Assembly: GCA_951406725.2 (NCBI GenBank)
Contig: OX597820.1
Span: forward strand, 113,646,001 to 113,710,000
DNA from: Octopus vulgaris
Lineage: Eukaryota
DNA: 64,000 bases
Direction: 5' to 3'
Below, one piece after another: positions 13,354 to 29,515 of this stretch; position 1 is the stretch's first letter, and the number at the start of each line of letters is the position of its first letter. The notes beneath the pieces are model-generated. The model worked only from the letters and a program-made list of their open reading frames with translations, ran no database searches and was not told where the DNA came from. Made by a program: the position numbers and the translations under genes.

Positions 13354-14830
13354 TATGAATATATACACACACACACACACATGTATACATATGTATATAT
13401 ACAGATATACAGTATGTGGGCAATATTTTCTATTGTGACATTACAACCATATCCAATTTTTCAAGTGCGTCAATTCTATCTATGTTCATAGATTTACTCG
13501 ACTGCTAACATTTAGTAATGGTTTCTCTCATTGTTTTGATATTTTTTATCATTCATATAACTGTCGGCATTTTTGACGACACGGGTTTACTAGTATATCA
13601 ATGTTGTGTATAGATATGTATGTATGTGTACATGTACACATGCGTACTGTCTTCATCATTTATCGTAGTACTTCCTTTACATTTCTCTAGCTCCTCCCAC
13701 CACATCGTATTTCACACCTCTTATATCCTACGTGGTTATACCACGAAATAATATACGCATATATTATCGTTCTTTTTAACCTTGATAAAGGAATGATATG
13801 CCTCAACATAACGTATCTTAACGGTGCTGTAACAATATCATAGCACCTAATGCAAGATCCTGATCACTGATAATGGGTGGAGTTTAACCGTATGTTGCAT
13901 AAAATCAGGGTGGGATTAGTTTAATAAAACCGCATCAGTATTAAAGATGTATAAAAATTGGGTATTTTGAAACAAAATATTTAATATTAATAATACGCGC
14001 GTGAGTACGTACACCCACACATCCACACCAAGCCAGACGACTTACATATATGTATGTGTGCGCATGTAAGTATATATACACACACATACACACACACACA
14101 CACACATGCACACACACACACACACATATATTTAGTGAGAAAAAATGTCGTTATAATTTTGGGAAAAAAAAATCTTTTTATTTCTTCCTTATTATAACGC
14201 TTTCGTTCGTTTCTCGAACTTGTCAAATAGAATTTTGTGAATGTATAAACGGCTTTCTCATTTATATAAAACAGATGTTTGCGTGGGGGAGTTATTTAGA
14301 AGAGGAGAACATTGTTTTTGTGTTTTGGGGTGGTGAGGTTCCATAACAATAGAGAAAATAGATAGAAATATAGGTAGGTAGATAGGTTGATAGATAGAGA
14401 GAGAGAGAGAAAAGGGGACCCCCCCTTCCTATTCACCATTCATTTATTTATTTAGTCGTTTACCATTGTATTAGAATGGGTTTAAGGGTGGTGACCTCTT
14501 CAATAAAAAAAAGTGTGGTGTGGTCATCACTGAAAGTCTTTTTGCTTTCTTTCTCTCTTCCACCCCCTTTCTTCCCTTCTTTCTTTTCCCTTTTCTTCCT
14601 TTTTTCTCCTCTTTCCTTCTTTTTCCCCTCTTTCTTTTTCTCCCCTTTGAGTTATATTTAAAATACAAAATGTACTGACCCTGCTTTTCTTTCAAGCATT
14701 CAGTTTTGGAGAGAATTTTTTGATGAAATGGAGTCCTGAACATTTGTAGAGATGAGCCACATTTGGAATAAAAAATTAAAATTCTCCGCTTTACCTTCAA
14801 ACATTCAATTTTGGAGAGAATCCCTTGATG

Positions 14831-14909
<79 letters not shown>

Positions 14910-15059
14910 CGGGAACATGTCCATGTTTATACTGTGTATATTTTGCATTTAAAAAACAAAATCACGCTACTTTCAATTTCATGTTTTCGCACTAGAGAAC
15001 ATTACTACAACACTCACAAACTAGAAAAACACGCAAAGCTCAGAACACCTCAATGCCAC

Positions 15060-15480
15060 ACACGTATTTTCAATTAGATTTTTCATTTTGGGGCTTTGTA
15101 GGAGTACAGGTAAGTTCGATTTTATGGCGTGAATGATGTTGGTTATTCCAGGACTGTGTGTGTTAATGAATGGAATCGTGTTTTCATTAACTTTTTCCTT
15201 AGGTGTCCGTAGTTGAATGCTGTTCAGTTTCATCGCCTTTTTCATTCTCTCTTTAATTGATCGTAAGGGGTACCACTGCATTGGCAGGAGGCCTTTGTGT
15301 TCGTAGAGTCGGATTTCACGTATTTTGAGGTCAGCCATTATAGCACAGATGCGTCTTGCCATGCTGCATGGGACGTTTCTTTTGATGTGTGATGGATGGT
15401 AGGAGTAGAAATTTAAATATTGGTGTGGGTCAGTTGTTTTTAATAAAATATGTCTGTTGTGACTGTGAAGTTCTGTATTT
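15060..15480 (-). mobile_element. Penelope-like element fragment (RT C-terminal/thumb region)
   Basis: [34 protein letters not shown] matches the PLE pattern K.TD..QYL.F.S.HP.H.K..IP...A.RI. Confidence 0.85.
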
Positions 15481-15554
15481 TTATGTGGATATTTACATAC
15501 ATACATACATATATAGATAGGCATATACTCTTTTACTCTTTTAAAGTATATGCC

Positions 15555-16563
<1,009 letters not shown>

Positions 16564-17621
16564 GTGTTTTTATACACACACCTGTTTGTTATGAAAACAT
16601 GAAAAATTATCGCTGGCGCTTCAAGGTTATATATGCACAGCGGCAAAACATCCGCTTTTTTTACATGTTCAGACATTGCAACAGTTATTTATTTCAATGT
16701 GAGACACATTATGCGCACAATTATTTCATTAAAAAAATATTTAATGTTGTAATTCCTTAATTAACACATTCCCTGAAAACAAAATTGAGACGTGTTTTCG
16801 TTGATTTTTGTAAGTCCAAGGTAAATGGTTGGTCTGTTAGCTTAGCTCTACATGATACCTAATATCTTGATGGGACGTTACATCTGGCTGGTAGTTTCAA
16901 AATTTGGCTCCTTATTCTTTAATAACTCATATATTTCTACATTATCTTTCTACTTTGGTCTGCCAATCAGGCTACTGTAACACCTCTTACTCCGGTTGAC
17001 TCTCATTTAATTTTATTACATCAATTCGCTAGTTTTCTCTCTGTTCATTGCCATTGCGGCCAGTGTAGTAAAAACATCCTAATTCAGGTCGCTTTATTTT
17101 AATTCTTCTACTGTGTCTCACTAACTCTCTATTTGTTGCTTGATAGTCTCTTTCACTACTTTCAGTGTTTTCGTCCATCGGTTTCTCATTAATGTGATAG
17201 AACCGACAAACATAAAATGGCGAGTCGTGATTTGGCCTTAAAACAACTACAGTCGCGCTGTGCACGACTGCACTTTACCTTTTCTTTCTGTCGAAAGAAT
17301 TCAATGCCTCCTGTTTTTTGTACAGTCGCAAGACCTATATCTATATATATATTTCTTCTTGTACGTATAGCGTATGCCTTCCGTTGTTTCTTTCATTGTT
17401 TACCTCAATTCTTCGTGTCCTTCTTGTTTTTTTTACTGCATCATTTCCTGATAACATTTCTAAAGATTACTGGCACCGCTGCAGCCAGCGAATGTCAGGC
17501 GACCAGGCTGACAGCTCTTTATGTCCATATTGCGTTTCCTTTGCTTTGTTAATTATCGCTCTCTATTCGCTTACACACACAGACACACAGAAACACATAC
17601 ACACACACAAATGCATATATA

Positions 17622-17668
<47 letters not shown>

Positions 17669-18013
17669 CATATCACACATTTTTGCATTTACATACACAT
17701 GCACACACGCGCACATATGGAGAGAGAGAGAGAGAGAGCAGCAGCATGTTGGCGTAGTTCTTTGTCTTACTTAAAGTTTGGGGGGCGTGAAAATACATGA
17801 CCAGCTCCTCTGCTGGAATGGAGAAACAAAATGGCTTCCTACTTACAGAAGCGCTCTGCCCTGTTCATCATTTCGAGTCACGTTGTCGTGACAATAACTC
17901 AGCGACAACAGATCTAACATTCCACATAGGCCTAAGTCAACCTGTTTACTCAATAAATACAAGCAACTCCAACTATACGTGTTGAGTGCTAATTCTGTTT
18001 GTTTGTTCACTCA

Positions 18014-18102
<89 letters not shown>

Positions 18103-18774
18103 GTGTTCCTTATATCATATATTAATTGACTTGTTGACGAGGCAAAATATGTACACTCAATATTACAGAAGAGAAAAATATTTATAACGCTTTGTAAATA
18201 CGATTCAACTCTAATCCTCCTTGACTTTTAATTCCATATTACAAAATAGGATGATCCCTGTAGAAGTCTTCGCACAGACACAGAAAGGATTAGGAGAATG
18301 TTATATCTTTTTCCAGTCAGCTGCTGTTGATCCTTCTACTGCATGCCATTACTGGTATACGCTGGTCAATGACACGTGAAAATTTTTTCACATTTCATCG
18401 TTAGCACAGTGTATCATTTTTCTGTTGAGTGAAGGCTTCTATCCAACGAAAGGCCATATATGAAACATACTTTCACTCTATAAACTTTTTCCTTCTTTGA
18501 ACTTCAACATATTAACTGTAAACGTCCTATGGATTTTTATTGCTTTTGTATTTGATTTGCTTTATATATATATATATATATATATATATCATTACAGATA
18601 TAGGGTGAAAGATAATTAATTTAATAAAATCAACAAATTTCACCTAGTAGCATTTCGGTTTAGAAAAAGACCATATTCGGTAAAAACTTATACAAAAAGT
18701 TTTTTATATATATAAATATAACAATAAGGGTTTAGCAACAAGTTGCTTAACCACATACCGAAAACACTAATGGC

Positions 18775-19517
18775 GTTTTCTAATTTTCTTATTTCTCATT
18801 TTTCCGATGGCCGATCGCTCGACTGTTCAGGAGCGAACTAAGATAGCAGCACGCTATGAAGTGTGGAATTTCGTTGCTTTGGTTCAGAGATGGTGGGCGT
18901 GCATGGAAAGGTAAGCATGCAACACTACGCCAGGGGACAATAAAAAGTTGTCATGCAAAGCTGATGACCACGGGCCGTCCAACCACATCCCGATCAGCGG
19001 AGGAAGTGGCAACAATGCAGGAAATGTTTAATCACAGCCCTCAAAAGTCGACACGTCAAACCGCTCGTGAAAGTGGACGAACAAGACATACAATACGTAC
19101 GGTGTTGCATCCATTTTCGTCCATGGAAACCATTATTCCATGCAGGAGCTAAAACCTGAAGAATGTGACTGCAAAACTCTAAGAAGTCTAGATCTCACTT
19201 CATGTGACTTTTATCTGTGGGGTTACACAAAAGAGAAGGTATACAAGACAAAACCTCGCACACTGGAGGACTTGGAGATACAGATTCAGGAGATTCTCAA
19301 TGATATCCCAGACAACGTCCTTCAGAAGGTTGTTCATTCTATCCCTGGCCCTTTGAGGAAACTGGTTGACCCCACCGGTGCTTAAGTTGCAATAGGAAGA
19401 TTTACTTTCATTTTCCCAAATAATAAAGAACATGTTTCATTTGTTTCAATAAATTTGTAAAAGGAATATGGATTTTATAACCAATTTTTAATGCCTACTT
19501 ACTTTTCACCCACCCTG
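18775..19517 (+). mobile_element. Internally deleted Tc1/mariner-superfamily transposon
   Basis: ATG at 18807 MADRSTVQERTKIAARYEVW; GRPTTSRS...SPQKSTRQTARE HTH region; RSLDLTSCDFYLWGYTKEKVY motif; 3' end caccctg followed by TA. Confidence 0.88.
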
Positions 19518-20101
19518 TATATATAGAAAAGGTTGACAGTGACTTCGAAGTTCTAACTTACTTGCCGTCATAAGAGAGACTAATTACAAGTAAGCCAAAT
19601 ATTTCCTACTCTACTGAAAAGTATTGAGTGCTTCATTTTAGTGTTCGGCTATTTTACATATCTTTCCATGAAAACAAGCATTAACAGATAGACTAACATT
19701 ACGCACACACACATACATATTGATAAAAAAAATTACACAGACAGACAGACAGGCAGGCAGGCAGTCGGATGGGCGGAGAGGCCAGCAGACGGACAGACAG
19801 GCAGACAGACAGATAGATATACTAACTATATTTTAGAATCGAGACAATGTACAAATGCATCATCGCAGACTATTTCATTTGTTACAATATTCTAAACAAA
19901 GGAGTTCATAATGTGTGCATACAATTATGCATCCATATATACATGTAAACAACAGAATTTATATCAGTATATATATAATTAAATATCTATTAAAACTACT
20001 TCAGACATTGTCAAACGTCTGGAGTAGTTTTGTTAGATATCAGATTTAATATCTATTGATACAGACTGTATTGTTTCCAATTTATTTAAATATATAATTG
20101 T

Positions 20102-20151
<50 letters not shown>

Positions 20152-20153
20152 AT

Positions 20154-20199
<46 letters not shown>

Positions 20200-20229
20200 A
20201 TACGTATACACACATACACACATCTGAGT

Positions 20230-20341
20230 GCACAGGTGCAATACAAAGTGAAGAAAATAGTACTCGAATACCAAAGGTAGAGCTAAATATTGTGTTTTAT
20301 TGAAGTTAAAAATCTTAAAATATTACTCCAAGTTTCACGTA
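20230..20341 (-). mobile_element. Truncated copy of the 5.2/49.5 kb hammerhead-associated repeat
   Basis: Reverse strand acgtGAAActtggagTA followed by ctctacctttggtattcgagtactatttt; only the 3' half of the hammerhead is left. Confidence 0.6.
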
Positions 20342-20847
20342 TCCAACAAGTTCAGACCGATGGATGGATTGATGGATTGATGGATGGAGAGAGGGAGGGA
20401 GGGAGGGGTTAGAGATAGAAAGAGATACAGATAGACTCCTACACCGTTACACACCCACACACTTCATTATTGTAATGCATTGTCTCAATTCTTGCTGCCA
20501 CGAATGCCATTGATAGTAAGCTAATATTGTGTCCAAATCTATTCGAGATATGTCACCTCTTCGCTTAGCCTCACAAACACTATAAGCCCTTTGAAAGCGT
20601 TCTCTTCTGGTAAGGTTTATTATCTTATGTACGTACTTATGTCTATAATTTGCATGAATGCGTATGCCTGATATAATAATTTATGCAATGGAATTAGATA
20701 AATGTGTTTATAAATATGCTGTCATGTGTATATGAACGATCTGTATAAAGAAACCAAAGCAATGTTCTAAGTTGAAATTTGTTTTTCAACCATGAATATA
20801 TCTTTGTTATAACTACATGCACACACACACATCTATATATATGTATA

Positions 20848-20897
<50 letters not shown>

Positions 20898-21196
20898 CAC
20901 ACATAAAGCTATAACGTCAGCGTTATATTTTACTTAAAGACATTTACTTAAAGAAAAAGTTAAACATTTATATCAAAAACAACATGCATAATTATAACAA
21001 TATCGATTCGCAAACCGATAGACATGGCAACAGGGGTGTTTGTAAATACAACATCAACAGCAACAACAACACCAGCAGTAGTAACAGTAACAACAGCAGA
21101 TACAACAACCTCTTTATAACTGCTGCAAATCAACAATAACAACAGTTGCATAAAGGAGAAAACGTTTTCCTAAAATAACGACTTAAAAACACACAT

Positions 21197-21266
<70 letters not shown>

Positions 21267-21487
21267 GTATCTATGTATGTATGTATGTGTGTACGTACGT
21301 GTATGTATGTTTCTATGTATGTATGTATGTGTGTACGTACGTGCATGTATGTATCAATTGTATCAATGTACTTACATACATATATACAAACACATACGCA
21401 TAGCTATACATACAGAGAACACACATGCATAAATACATACACACACGCATATGTATGTATATGTGTGTGTGTGCGTATATTATATAG

Positions 21488-21533
<46 letters not shown>

Positions 21534-22034
21534 GCATATATTATACAGATATACACACACATATACATATATACCAGCATACATATATACATACATAAAT
21601 ATATATACATATATGTATACAAACATAGAAATCGGATAAGCACAAAAGGTAAATAAACTGAAGAGCAACTGGTTTCTTTTTTCATTTTTGTTAATAAATA
21701 TACATCTATACATGCTGTAAAAAGTATATACATTGCCTAAATTACATCCTTTTCTCCCGATGGTCTAAAAATGTGATCAACGTTGTTGGTTTCAGTTCTT
21801 GTTAATGTTTCATCAGAGATCAGCGATATGTTCTGGTTACAAAGTGAGTAGCAGCATGCTGGAATTTATAGCTACAAGCACAAACTCGATGTTGGTGAGG
21901 CGAATTATCTTTTATGCTCCTCATGACACAATTAATGCTTCCAACTACATATGTTTGTGTGTATTCATACATGTGAGACTTACGTATCAAACTAGTGAGA
22001 AGGGAAGACAATGTTTTGTTATTGGTCTGACAGA

Positions 22035-22422
22035 TGGAAGCACTCCGTCGGTTACGACGACGAGGGTCCCGGTTGATCCGAATCAACGGAACAGCCTGCT
22101 CGTGAAATTAACGTGTAAGTGGCTGAGCACTCCACAGACACGTGTACCCTTAACGTAGTTCTCGGGGATATTCAGCTTGACACAGAGAGTGACAAGGCCG
22201 GCCCTTTGAAATACAGGTACAACAGAAACAGGAAGTAAGAGTGAGAGAAAGTTGTGGTGAAAGAGCACAGCAGGGATCACCACCATCCCCTGCCGGAGGA
22301 GGCTCGTGGAGCTTTAGGTGTTTTCGCTCAATAAACACTCACAACGCCCGGTCTGGGAATCGAAAGCGCGATCCTATGACCGCGAGTCCGCTGCCCTAAC
22401 CACTGGGCCATTGCGCCTCCAC
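22035..22422 (-). mobile_element. SINE family C1 (tRNA-like head), full length with TSD
   Basis: 11-bp TSD ggtctgacaga at 22024-22034 and 22423-22433; head ggaggcgcaatggcccagtggttagggcagcggactcgcggtc. Confidence 0.92.
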
Positions 22423-23641
22423 GGTCTGACAGAAGCGTATGACCAAATGGCAAATTTTTAGAGCTTTTATATAGCCATTCTCGAAACACTTGCTTCATGT
22501 CTGGAGTGATGACAATTGCACCTGGTTTTGTGCCCGTGGATAACAGAGGTCAAAAAAAGCGTGCTACGATTCGGATCAAGGGACTCAAAGATTCAGTCGC
22601 CCCGTTTCTTTTCCCCTCCATAGAACGGCATTCCCACCTGGCCTCTAAACAGTGCATAATATATATATGAGTTTTCGATTAAATAATGAGAGGCAAATTA
22701 GCATTGTGTATATCACAAGAAAGTTCCGCTGCACTACACTCTAACATCGATTAATAGCGTATGCTGGCTGAATGATAAACAGGGGTAACATCGAATAGGA
22801 AAGAATATTTGTAAATTGTTGCTTTTTTCTGGGGAAACTCTGAGTCTGTCTCAGAAAAGTCTGTATGTATTTTTCTTCTTCTTACTTCTTCAAAATATTA
22901 GCAACACACACAGACACAAAGACAGACACACAAACACACACACACACACAAACACACGATAATGGAAGAAGTTGGGGGTTGTCATTGAGGTAATAATGAT
23001 GATGGTAGCAAGGGTATTGACGGTGATCGTGGAAGAGATGATACTGATTGTAGCGATGATGATGATGAAGAGCAGCAATGGCGGAGGTGGTAGTGATGTT
23101 GGTGGTAGTGGTAATGTGGTGGTAACGAAGACGGTAATTTATGGCGGCGGCGGCGGCGGCGACGTTAGAAAATTAACAACACTTCAAAAGAAATTCTTTA
23201 ATATTTCTTTAAGTTTTTGAAAGTTTTGGCAACATTTTGAAGGGTAAGTCTGAAAAGTGATGATGGGATGTTTGTGGTTGCTAGAGAGACCCGGCAAAGG
23301 GGCTGCAGGTTTGGGCAGGGTACGGTTTATGATGTAGAGGTTAGGTGAAATTATTTACTGACAGATACATAGCAAAGGTGTGGTATTTCATCAGTAAACA
23401 CTAACATGTGTGGTTGGCTACTTATATATATAATGTGTGTATATATATATATATATATATACACACATTATATCATTATATATGTGCGTGTGTGTGTGTG
23501 TATCATATATGATTATATATGCAATATACATAATATGTATATGTATATATATATATATATATATATACACATTATATATATGTGCGTGTGTGTGTGTGTA
23601 TCATATATGATTATATATGCAATATACATAATATGTATATG

Positions 23642-23690
<49 letters not shown>

Positions 23691-23716
23691 ATGTATGTAT
23701 GTATATATCTATCTTT

Positions 23717-23784
<68 letters not shown>

Positions 23785-23999
23785 CAAACAGACAGACACT
23801 GAAGGGCACACATCATGTATTAATTAAAAATACATAACTAACAAACTATTGCCGTCTCTAAAATCTGGTGCACTCGCTCGCACTTCATATATGTGTGTTG
23901 TGTGTTGTGTGTGTGTGTGAGAGAGAGAGAGTGTGTGTGTGTGTGTGTGAGTAAGGTGTGTATGTGCGAAGTCTAATTTTGCTTATATGCATCATTACC

Positions 24000-24030
<31 letters not shown>

Positions 24031-24062
24031 GTCTATATGTATATATATATATATGTGTGTGT

Positions 24063-24362
24063 GGAGGCGCACTGGCCCAGTGGCTAGGGCAGTGGACTCG
24101 CGGTCGTAGGATCGCGGTTTCGTTTCCCAGACCGGGCGTTGTGAGTGTTTATTGATTGAAAACACCTAAAGCTCCACGAGGCTCCGGCAGGAGGTGGTGG
24201 CGATCCCTGCTGTACTCTATCGCCGCAACTTTCTCTCACTCTTTCTTCTGTTGGCCTGCTCGCTTAGCCAGCGGGGTGGTGTCATTTGAATGCGAAGCGC
24301 ATTGTGACCAGCGATGTGTAGCAACATCTGATAGCCTGGTCGGTCACGATGATCACGGTGAT
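24063..24362 (+). mobile_element. SINE family C2 (C1 head, different tail)
   Basis: Shared head through aaagctccacgaggctccggcagg...ctctcactct, then tail ttgtgaccagcgatgt...ctggtcggtcac..tgatcacggtgat running into (TA)n. Confidence 0.88.
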
Positions 24363-24893
24363 ATATATATCAAGGCCGAAACATATAAAAGTATAAAAAA
24401 ATAAAAGAATATATATTATTCGTATATACGTGTATGTATTGAACTCTGTCCTTTCATATTTTCACACGGAAAACTATGCAGATGGAGAGACATGGATACT
24501 TGAGTTGGCTCAAATCAACTCCTGGTACTTATATGATGAGCTTGGATTGACTCTTTTTTTATACGCCAATATAAAACATTCGTTACTCTGCAAGTTCAGC
24601 GTTATGCCCCCCCCCTCCTCGCTAATGGAACGTATTTTTTTTGTTGTACTTCTTGTTTGTTTAGTATGTTTTTTATTTGATAGTTGATACCTAAACATTT
24701 GTAGGGTTCCCAAAACTGTGTTATTAATAGAATAACAAGCATTTTTACATTCTATTACATGAAAAAAGAACAAGATGGTTAACATCTTCGGTTTTGTAAA
24801 GAAATTTCACGGTAAGTTTCAAATCTACGGGAGTTTATAGTAACTGATCTCACTCGACCGCAGTTGCAACCATTTTAATACAAACCGGTCTGT

Positions 24894-24969
<76 letters not shown>

Positions 24970-25243
24970 CTATAATATAAAACTTCCTCTTTTAAAGTGA
25001 TTTAGTAAAATAGCTCATCATTATGCAGGTGTTTAAGTTTTAAACAACACCTTTATAATGAGTTATTTTGCGAAATCCTTCTTTTATTTCAAAGTTAATT
25101 AAAATAATTGCTGTATACCTCTGTTAAAATGCACTGGACTCTCCCCGCAAAATTTCAGGCCTATAGTAGAAAGAATTGCTGTTGGTGTTGTTCCTCACCC
25201 ATCAGATAAACAACTTCATATATTTCATTCTCTTTTTTAACAG

Positions 25244-25297
25244 ACGACGGTCCCAGGTTATGACGATGATGTAATCCCACCCGCAACGTCTGCCCAG
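25244..25297 (+). CDS. Candidate 54-bp internal coding exon, TTVPGYDDDVIPPATSAQ
   Basis: Acceptor ttcattctcttttttaacAG, donor CAG|gtaagg; length divisible by 3; only the phase-0 frame is open; non-repetitive and GC-richer than flanks. Confidence 0.55.
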
Positions 25298-25786
25298 GTA
25301 AGGATTTTTAAAATCTTCTTATGACAATGTTACTCTAAGTTTCCTACGCAGAAATGATTTAAGTATTCGTCAAACAATTTACTTCCTCAAAATAAGCTGA
25401 GTGAACGAACACGCGCGTGTATGTGTTATATAGATTTTATAGAGGACGATCAAGGTAATATGAGAAGGATTTTGTAACTGGTTTTCGAATTTTAAACATT
25501 TAAGCGGTTACTTGGTTTAATATCACTGCCCAACCATCCGGTACCTTCAGGCGCACCACTTGTTTCAAGCATTTCATGTAAGTCACTAGCCTTAGAATAA
25601 CACCGTCTGTACTTCCCACTTGTCTACGAGATCATCAACTACTTCTTCATCTTGAAGATAAGACTGAGAATTGGTGGAAATAAGAATGAAATCATTTCGA
25701 AGTGAGCATAAAAACCAAATGAGAAAATATTAAATATCTTTAAAATAAAAAAAAGCAGGAACACTGCAGTTATGTGCGCATGCGCT

Positions 25787-25823
<37 letters not shown>

Positions 25824-25948
25824 TTGTGTGTGTGTGTATAAACATATGCATATATGCATATGTTTATCTATACACATATACATGGACACACACCACACAC
25901 ACACATATATATGAATATACATAGCCATGTTTATATATATATATATAC

Positions 25949-26086
25949 GTCACTTAGCGGTTCGGCAAAAGTGACCGATAGAATAAGTACTGGGCTTACA
26001 AAAGAATAAGTCCCGGGGTCGAGTTGCTCGATTAAAGGCAGTGCTCCAGCATGGCCGCAGTCAAAATGACTGAAACAAGTAAAAGA
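25949..26086 (+). mobile_element. SINE family B 3' fragment
   Basis: gtcacttagcggttcggcaaaa...gctccagcatggccgcagtc...aagtaaaagag. Confidence 0.85.
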
Positions 26087-26167
26087 GAGATACATATGGA
26101 TATGTATATTACATATGTATGCACATATATACGTATACATAAATATTAGACAGACAGACAGACAGGC

Positions 26168-26244
<77 letters not shown>

Positions 26245-26327
26245 TGCAAACCTATATATGCATACATACACATATGCATCCTAATTACTTGTATCGCTTG
26301 TTTTTTTTATTATTTCTCTATGCTCTG

Positions 26328-26378
<51 letters not shown>

Positions 26379-26683
26379 TGTGTGAGTGAGTGAGTGTGTG
26401 AGTCATTCAAAATATCTAATTAATCATGTTTTGTTGTAGTGAATCATTTAACATGTTAATTGCGTAGAATGTGTGGAGGGTGTGTGGAGGGTGTGTCGTA
26501 TCTGTGGAAGCATTGTTGATAGCATATGGCATTCTCTACTCAAAATATTGTGCATCTTCATATAATGCTACGCGCACGCGCATTCACATGCCCAAACATA
26601 CATGAACAGTCTTGGTCAGTTTTTATCCGAAAGGGTTTCTAAACCCAATATTCACATGCTATTATTTATAGCTTTATATAAAA

Positions 26684-26912
26684 GGCGGCGAACTGGCAGA
26701 AACGTTAGCACGCCGGGTAAAATATTTTGCGGTATTTCGCCTGCCGTTACGTTCTGAGTTCAAATTCCGCCGAGGTCGACTTTGCCTTTCATCCTTTCGG
26801 GGTCGATAAATTAAGTACCAGTTACGCACTGGGGTCGATTTAATCGACTTAATCCCTCTGTCTGTCTTTGTTTGTCCCCTCTATGTTTAGCCCCTTGTGG
26901 GCAGTAAAGAAA
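26684..26912 (+). mobile_element. SINE family A
   Basis: Collinear with 4207-4422. Confidence 0.88.
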
Positions 26913-27425
26913 CATATATATAGACATACATACATACACACATACGACGGGCTTCATTCAGTTTCCGTTTCACAAGGCTTTGGTCGGCCCAATGCTATAC
27001 TAAACGCTAGCCTATCGTACCACGCAGTTGGACTGAAGCCCGAACTATGTAGTTGTGAACGAATTTTCTTACCACACAGCCACGGCTGCGCCTAGAAATT
27101 AAATGTAAATGTGCGCGCGCGTTGTTTATATGTACATGGAACTTGACGAGTATAGATAAGGGAAAGCCCTAGGTCAAATAAGTGCTCAATATACAATTAA
27201 GTAGAATGGGGGACGTTGATTTGTAGTAAATGACCTTACGGAAGCTCATCCGTAGGTTTTTTTGCTACTAAGATATATGTATGTATGTATATATATGTAT
27301 TTATGTGTGTATGTATGTATGTATGTATGTATGTATGTATGCATGCCTGTATGTATGTATGTATGTATGTATGTATGTATGTATGTATGTATGTATGTAT
27401 ATGTGTGTGTATGTATGCATGTATG

Positions 27426-27457
<32 letters not shown>

Positions 27458-27797
27458 TGTATTTATGTGTATGTATGTATGTATTTATGTATATGTATGT
27501 ATGTATTTATGTATATGTATGTATGTATTTATGTGTGTATGTATGTATGAATGAGGGATGAATTGATGGATAGACAGACAGACAGACAGGCAGACCGACG
27601 GACACATACATACATACATACATACATATAGGTATATATGTGTGTTTGTAATTGAAGAATGCTTTTTTTATAAATACGCAACTGTAGCATTAACTTAAGA
27701 AAGGATTCAACACAAATTCAGTATCAAATATCGTGGTTAACATTGTTGGCAGTAACTTCAAAGTTTCACCAGTATTTGACATTTTCTCACGACGCCA

Positions 27798-28035
27798 AGT
27801 AGAAGAGTCCAGTGTGCTGGACATTGTTGTAGAGCTGAAAACGAGGTAATTTCTACTCTTCTCCACTGGAAGCCATCTGCTCGCGATACCAGAAGGCGCA
27901 CACTCTCCTACCCTGATGTAATCTCCAGGGATACAGGCATCCAGCAACAGGACCTCCGTAATGCTATGATGGACCGTGAAGTCTGGCGTAACATAGTAAA
28001 TTCCATTGTCTCGACCACGGTCGAACAATGATGAT
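27798..28035 (+). mobile_element. RTE-like LINE 3' end
   Basis: RRVQCAGHCCRAENEVISTLLHWKPS...DREVWRNIVNSIVSTTVEQ* plus (TGA)n tail; same family as 63098-63412. Confidence 0.82.
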
Positions 28036-28569
28036 CAAGTGTTGGCGAAATCTCGAAGTCTTAGCAATGTTACCAATTACACACATTGAGAGCTAGACAA
28101 ACAGACAGACAGACAGACAGTGAGCGAGAGAAAGAGAGAGATAAACAAGAACTACAATAACTTCCAACAATTGGAGAACCGGAATCACAACTCCACCATT
28201 ACTATTGTTATCATCACAAACTAGCTACAAGGGAGACAGTAAGTGGTCGCCCTATATTCTAAAACTAACAGCTAAATCTCCCTTCTGTTACGGCCTACTG
28301 TTCATATAAAAGAATATATTCGATAATATAATTCCTTATATAGAAAACTGTGGATAGTCACGGCAGGAAGCACTTTCGATCACAGATCTGCTCAATCAGA
28401 GCTTGCTTTGGCTTGCTTTGGTCTCGCCAACTCCTGGTGAAGTTGTAACATTCGGCGTCTTTTCGTAAAACTAGTTGCGATAATTCCTCTGCCAGTCCGA
28501 CGATCCTTAAACCACTTCTTCGAGAAAGAGACAAACACACGGAATAAAACACACACACACACACATTCA

Positions 28570-28604
<35 letters not shown>

Positions 28605-28691
28605 ATCAGCTTCAGTACAGAACTAGCACTTTATTTACCGATTCCGAAAGAGAAATTGGTAAAACTGGCCTCGGGGGTATTTGAACTCAGA

Positions 28692-29109
28692 TAAGGCGGC
28701 GAGCTGGCAGAAACGTTAGCACGCCGGACGAAATGCGTAGCCGTATTTCGTCTGCCGTTACGTTCTGAGTTCAAATTCCGCCAAGGTCGACTTTGCCTTT
28801 CATCCTTTCGGGGTCGATAAATTAAGTACCAGTTATGCACTGGGGTCGATATAATCGACTTAATCCGTTTGTCTGTCCTTGTTTGTCCCCTCTGTGTTTA
28901 GCCCCTTGTAGGTAGTAAAGAAATAGGTATTTCGTCTGTCGTTACGTTCTGAGTTCAAATTCTGCCGAGGTCGACTTTGCCTTTCATCCTTTCGGGGTCG
29001 ATAAATTAAGTACCAGTTTCGCACTGGAGTCGATGTAATCGACTTAATCCCTTTCTCTGTCCTTGTTTGTCCCCTCTATGTTTAGCCCCTTGTGGGTAGT
29101 AAAGAAATA
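28692..29109 (+). mobile_element. SINE family A with duplicated 3' portion and 16-bp TSD
   Basis: TSD ggtatttgaactcaga at 28676-28691 and 29110-29125; second body starts near 28926. Confidence 0.9.
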
Positions 29110-29467
29110 GGTATTTGAACTCAGACTGCAGAAAACCGGGTCGATTATCAACTGCAAGGCATCCGACGCTTTAACAATTCGGCGACTACTCGGGGTTAAA
29201 CAACGACGATGAGCGCTAAAATCTAAGTTGAATCAATGCCACCAGCTTCCCAACTCTCAGCAAATGCCCTTACAAGACTTCCAATTAACCCTACCACCAC
29301 CAACACCAACACTACCAGTATAGATAACATCATCACACTACCATTCCCACCACGACCACCATCGCTCTAAATACCTCAATGTTCATAAAAATAGCTGCCA
29401 CATCACCCCTCCCAGTATTAACACAAATATCCATTCCTCCCTACACACTCCGGTATTATTATTATTA

Positions 29468-29515
<48 letters not shown>

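Noticed and set aside
17029-17265. ORF vaguely like a Ty3/gypsy integrase C-terminus
   Set aside because: No diagnostic motif, LTR or PPT could be confirmed by eye.
18638-18685. Reverse-strand uuuacc-GAAUA-uggu...acc-GAAA...UA-ggugaa
   Set aside because: Topology is suggestive but the CUGA core is absent; too degenerate to call.
23475-23650. Tandem duplication of about 100 bp
   Set aside because: Microsatellite-bounded slippage duplication with no further structure.
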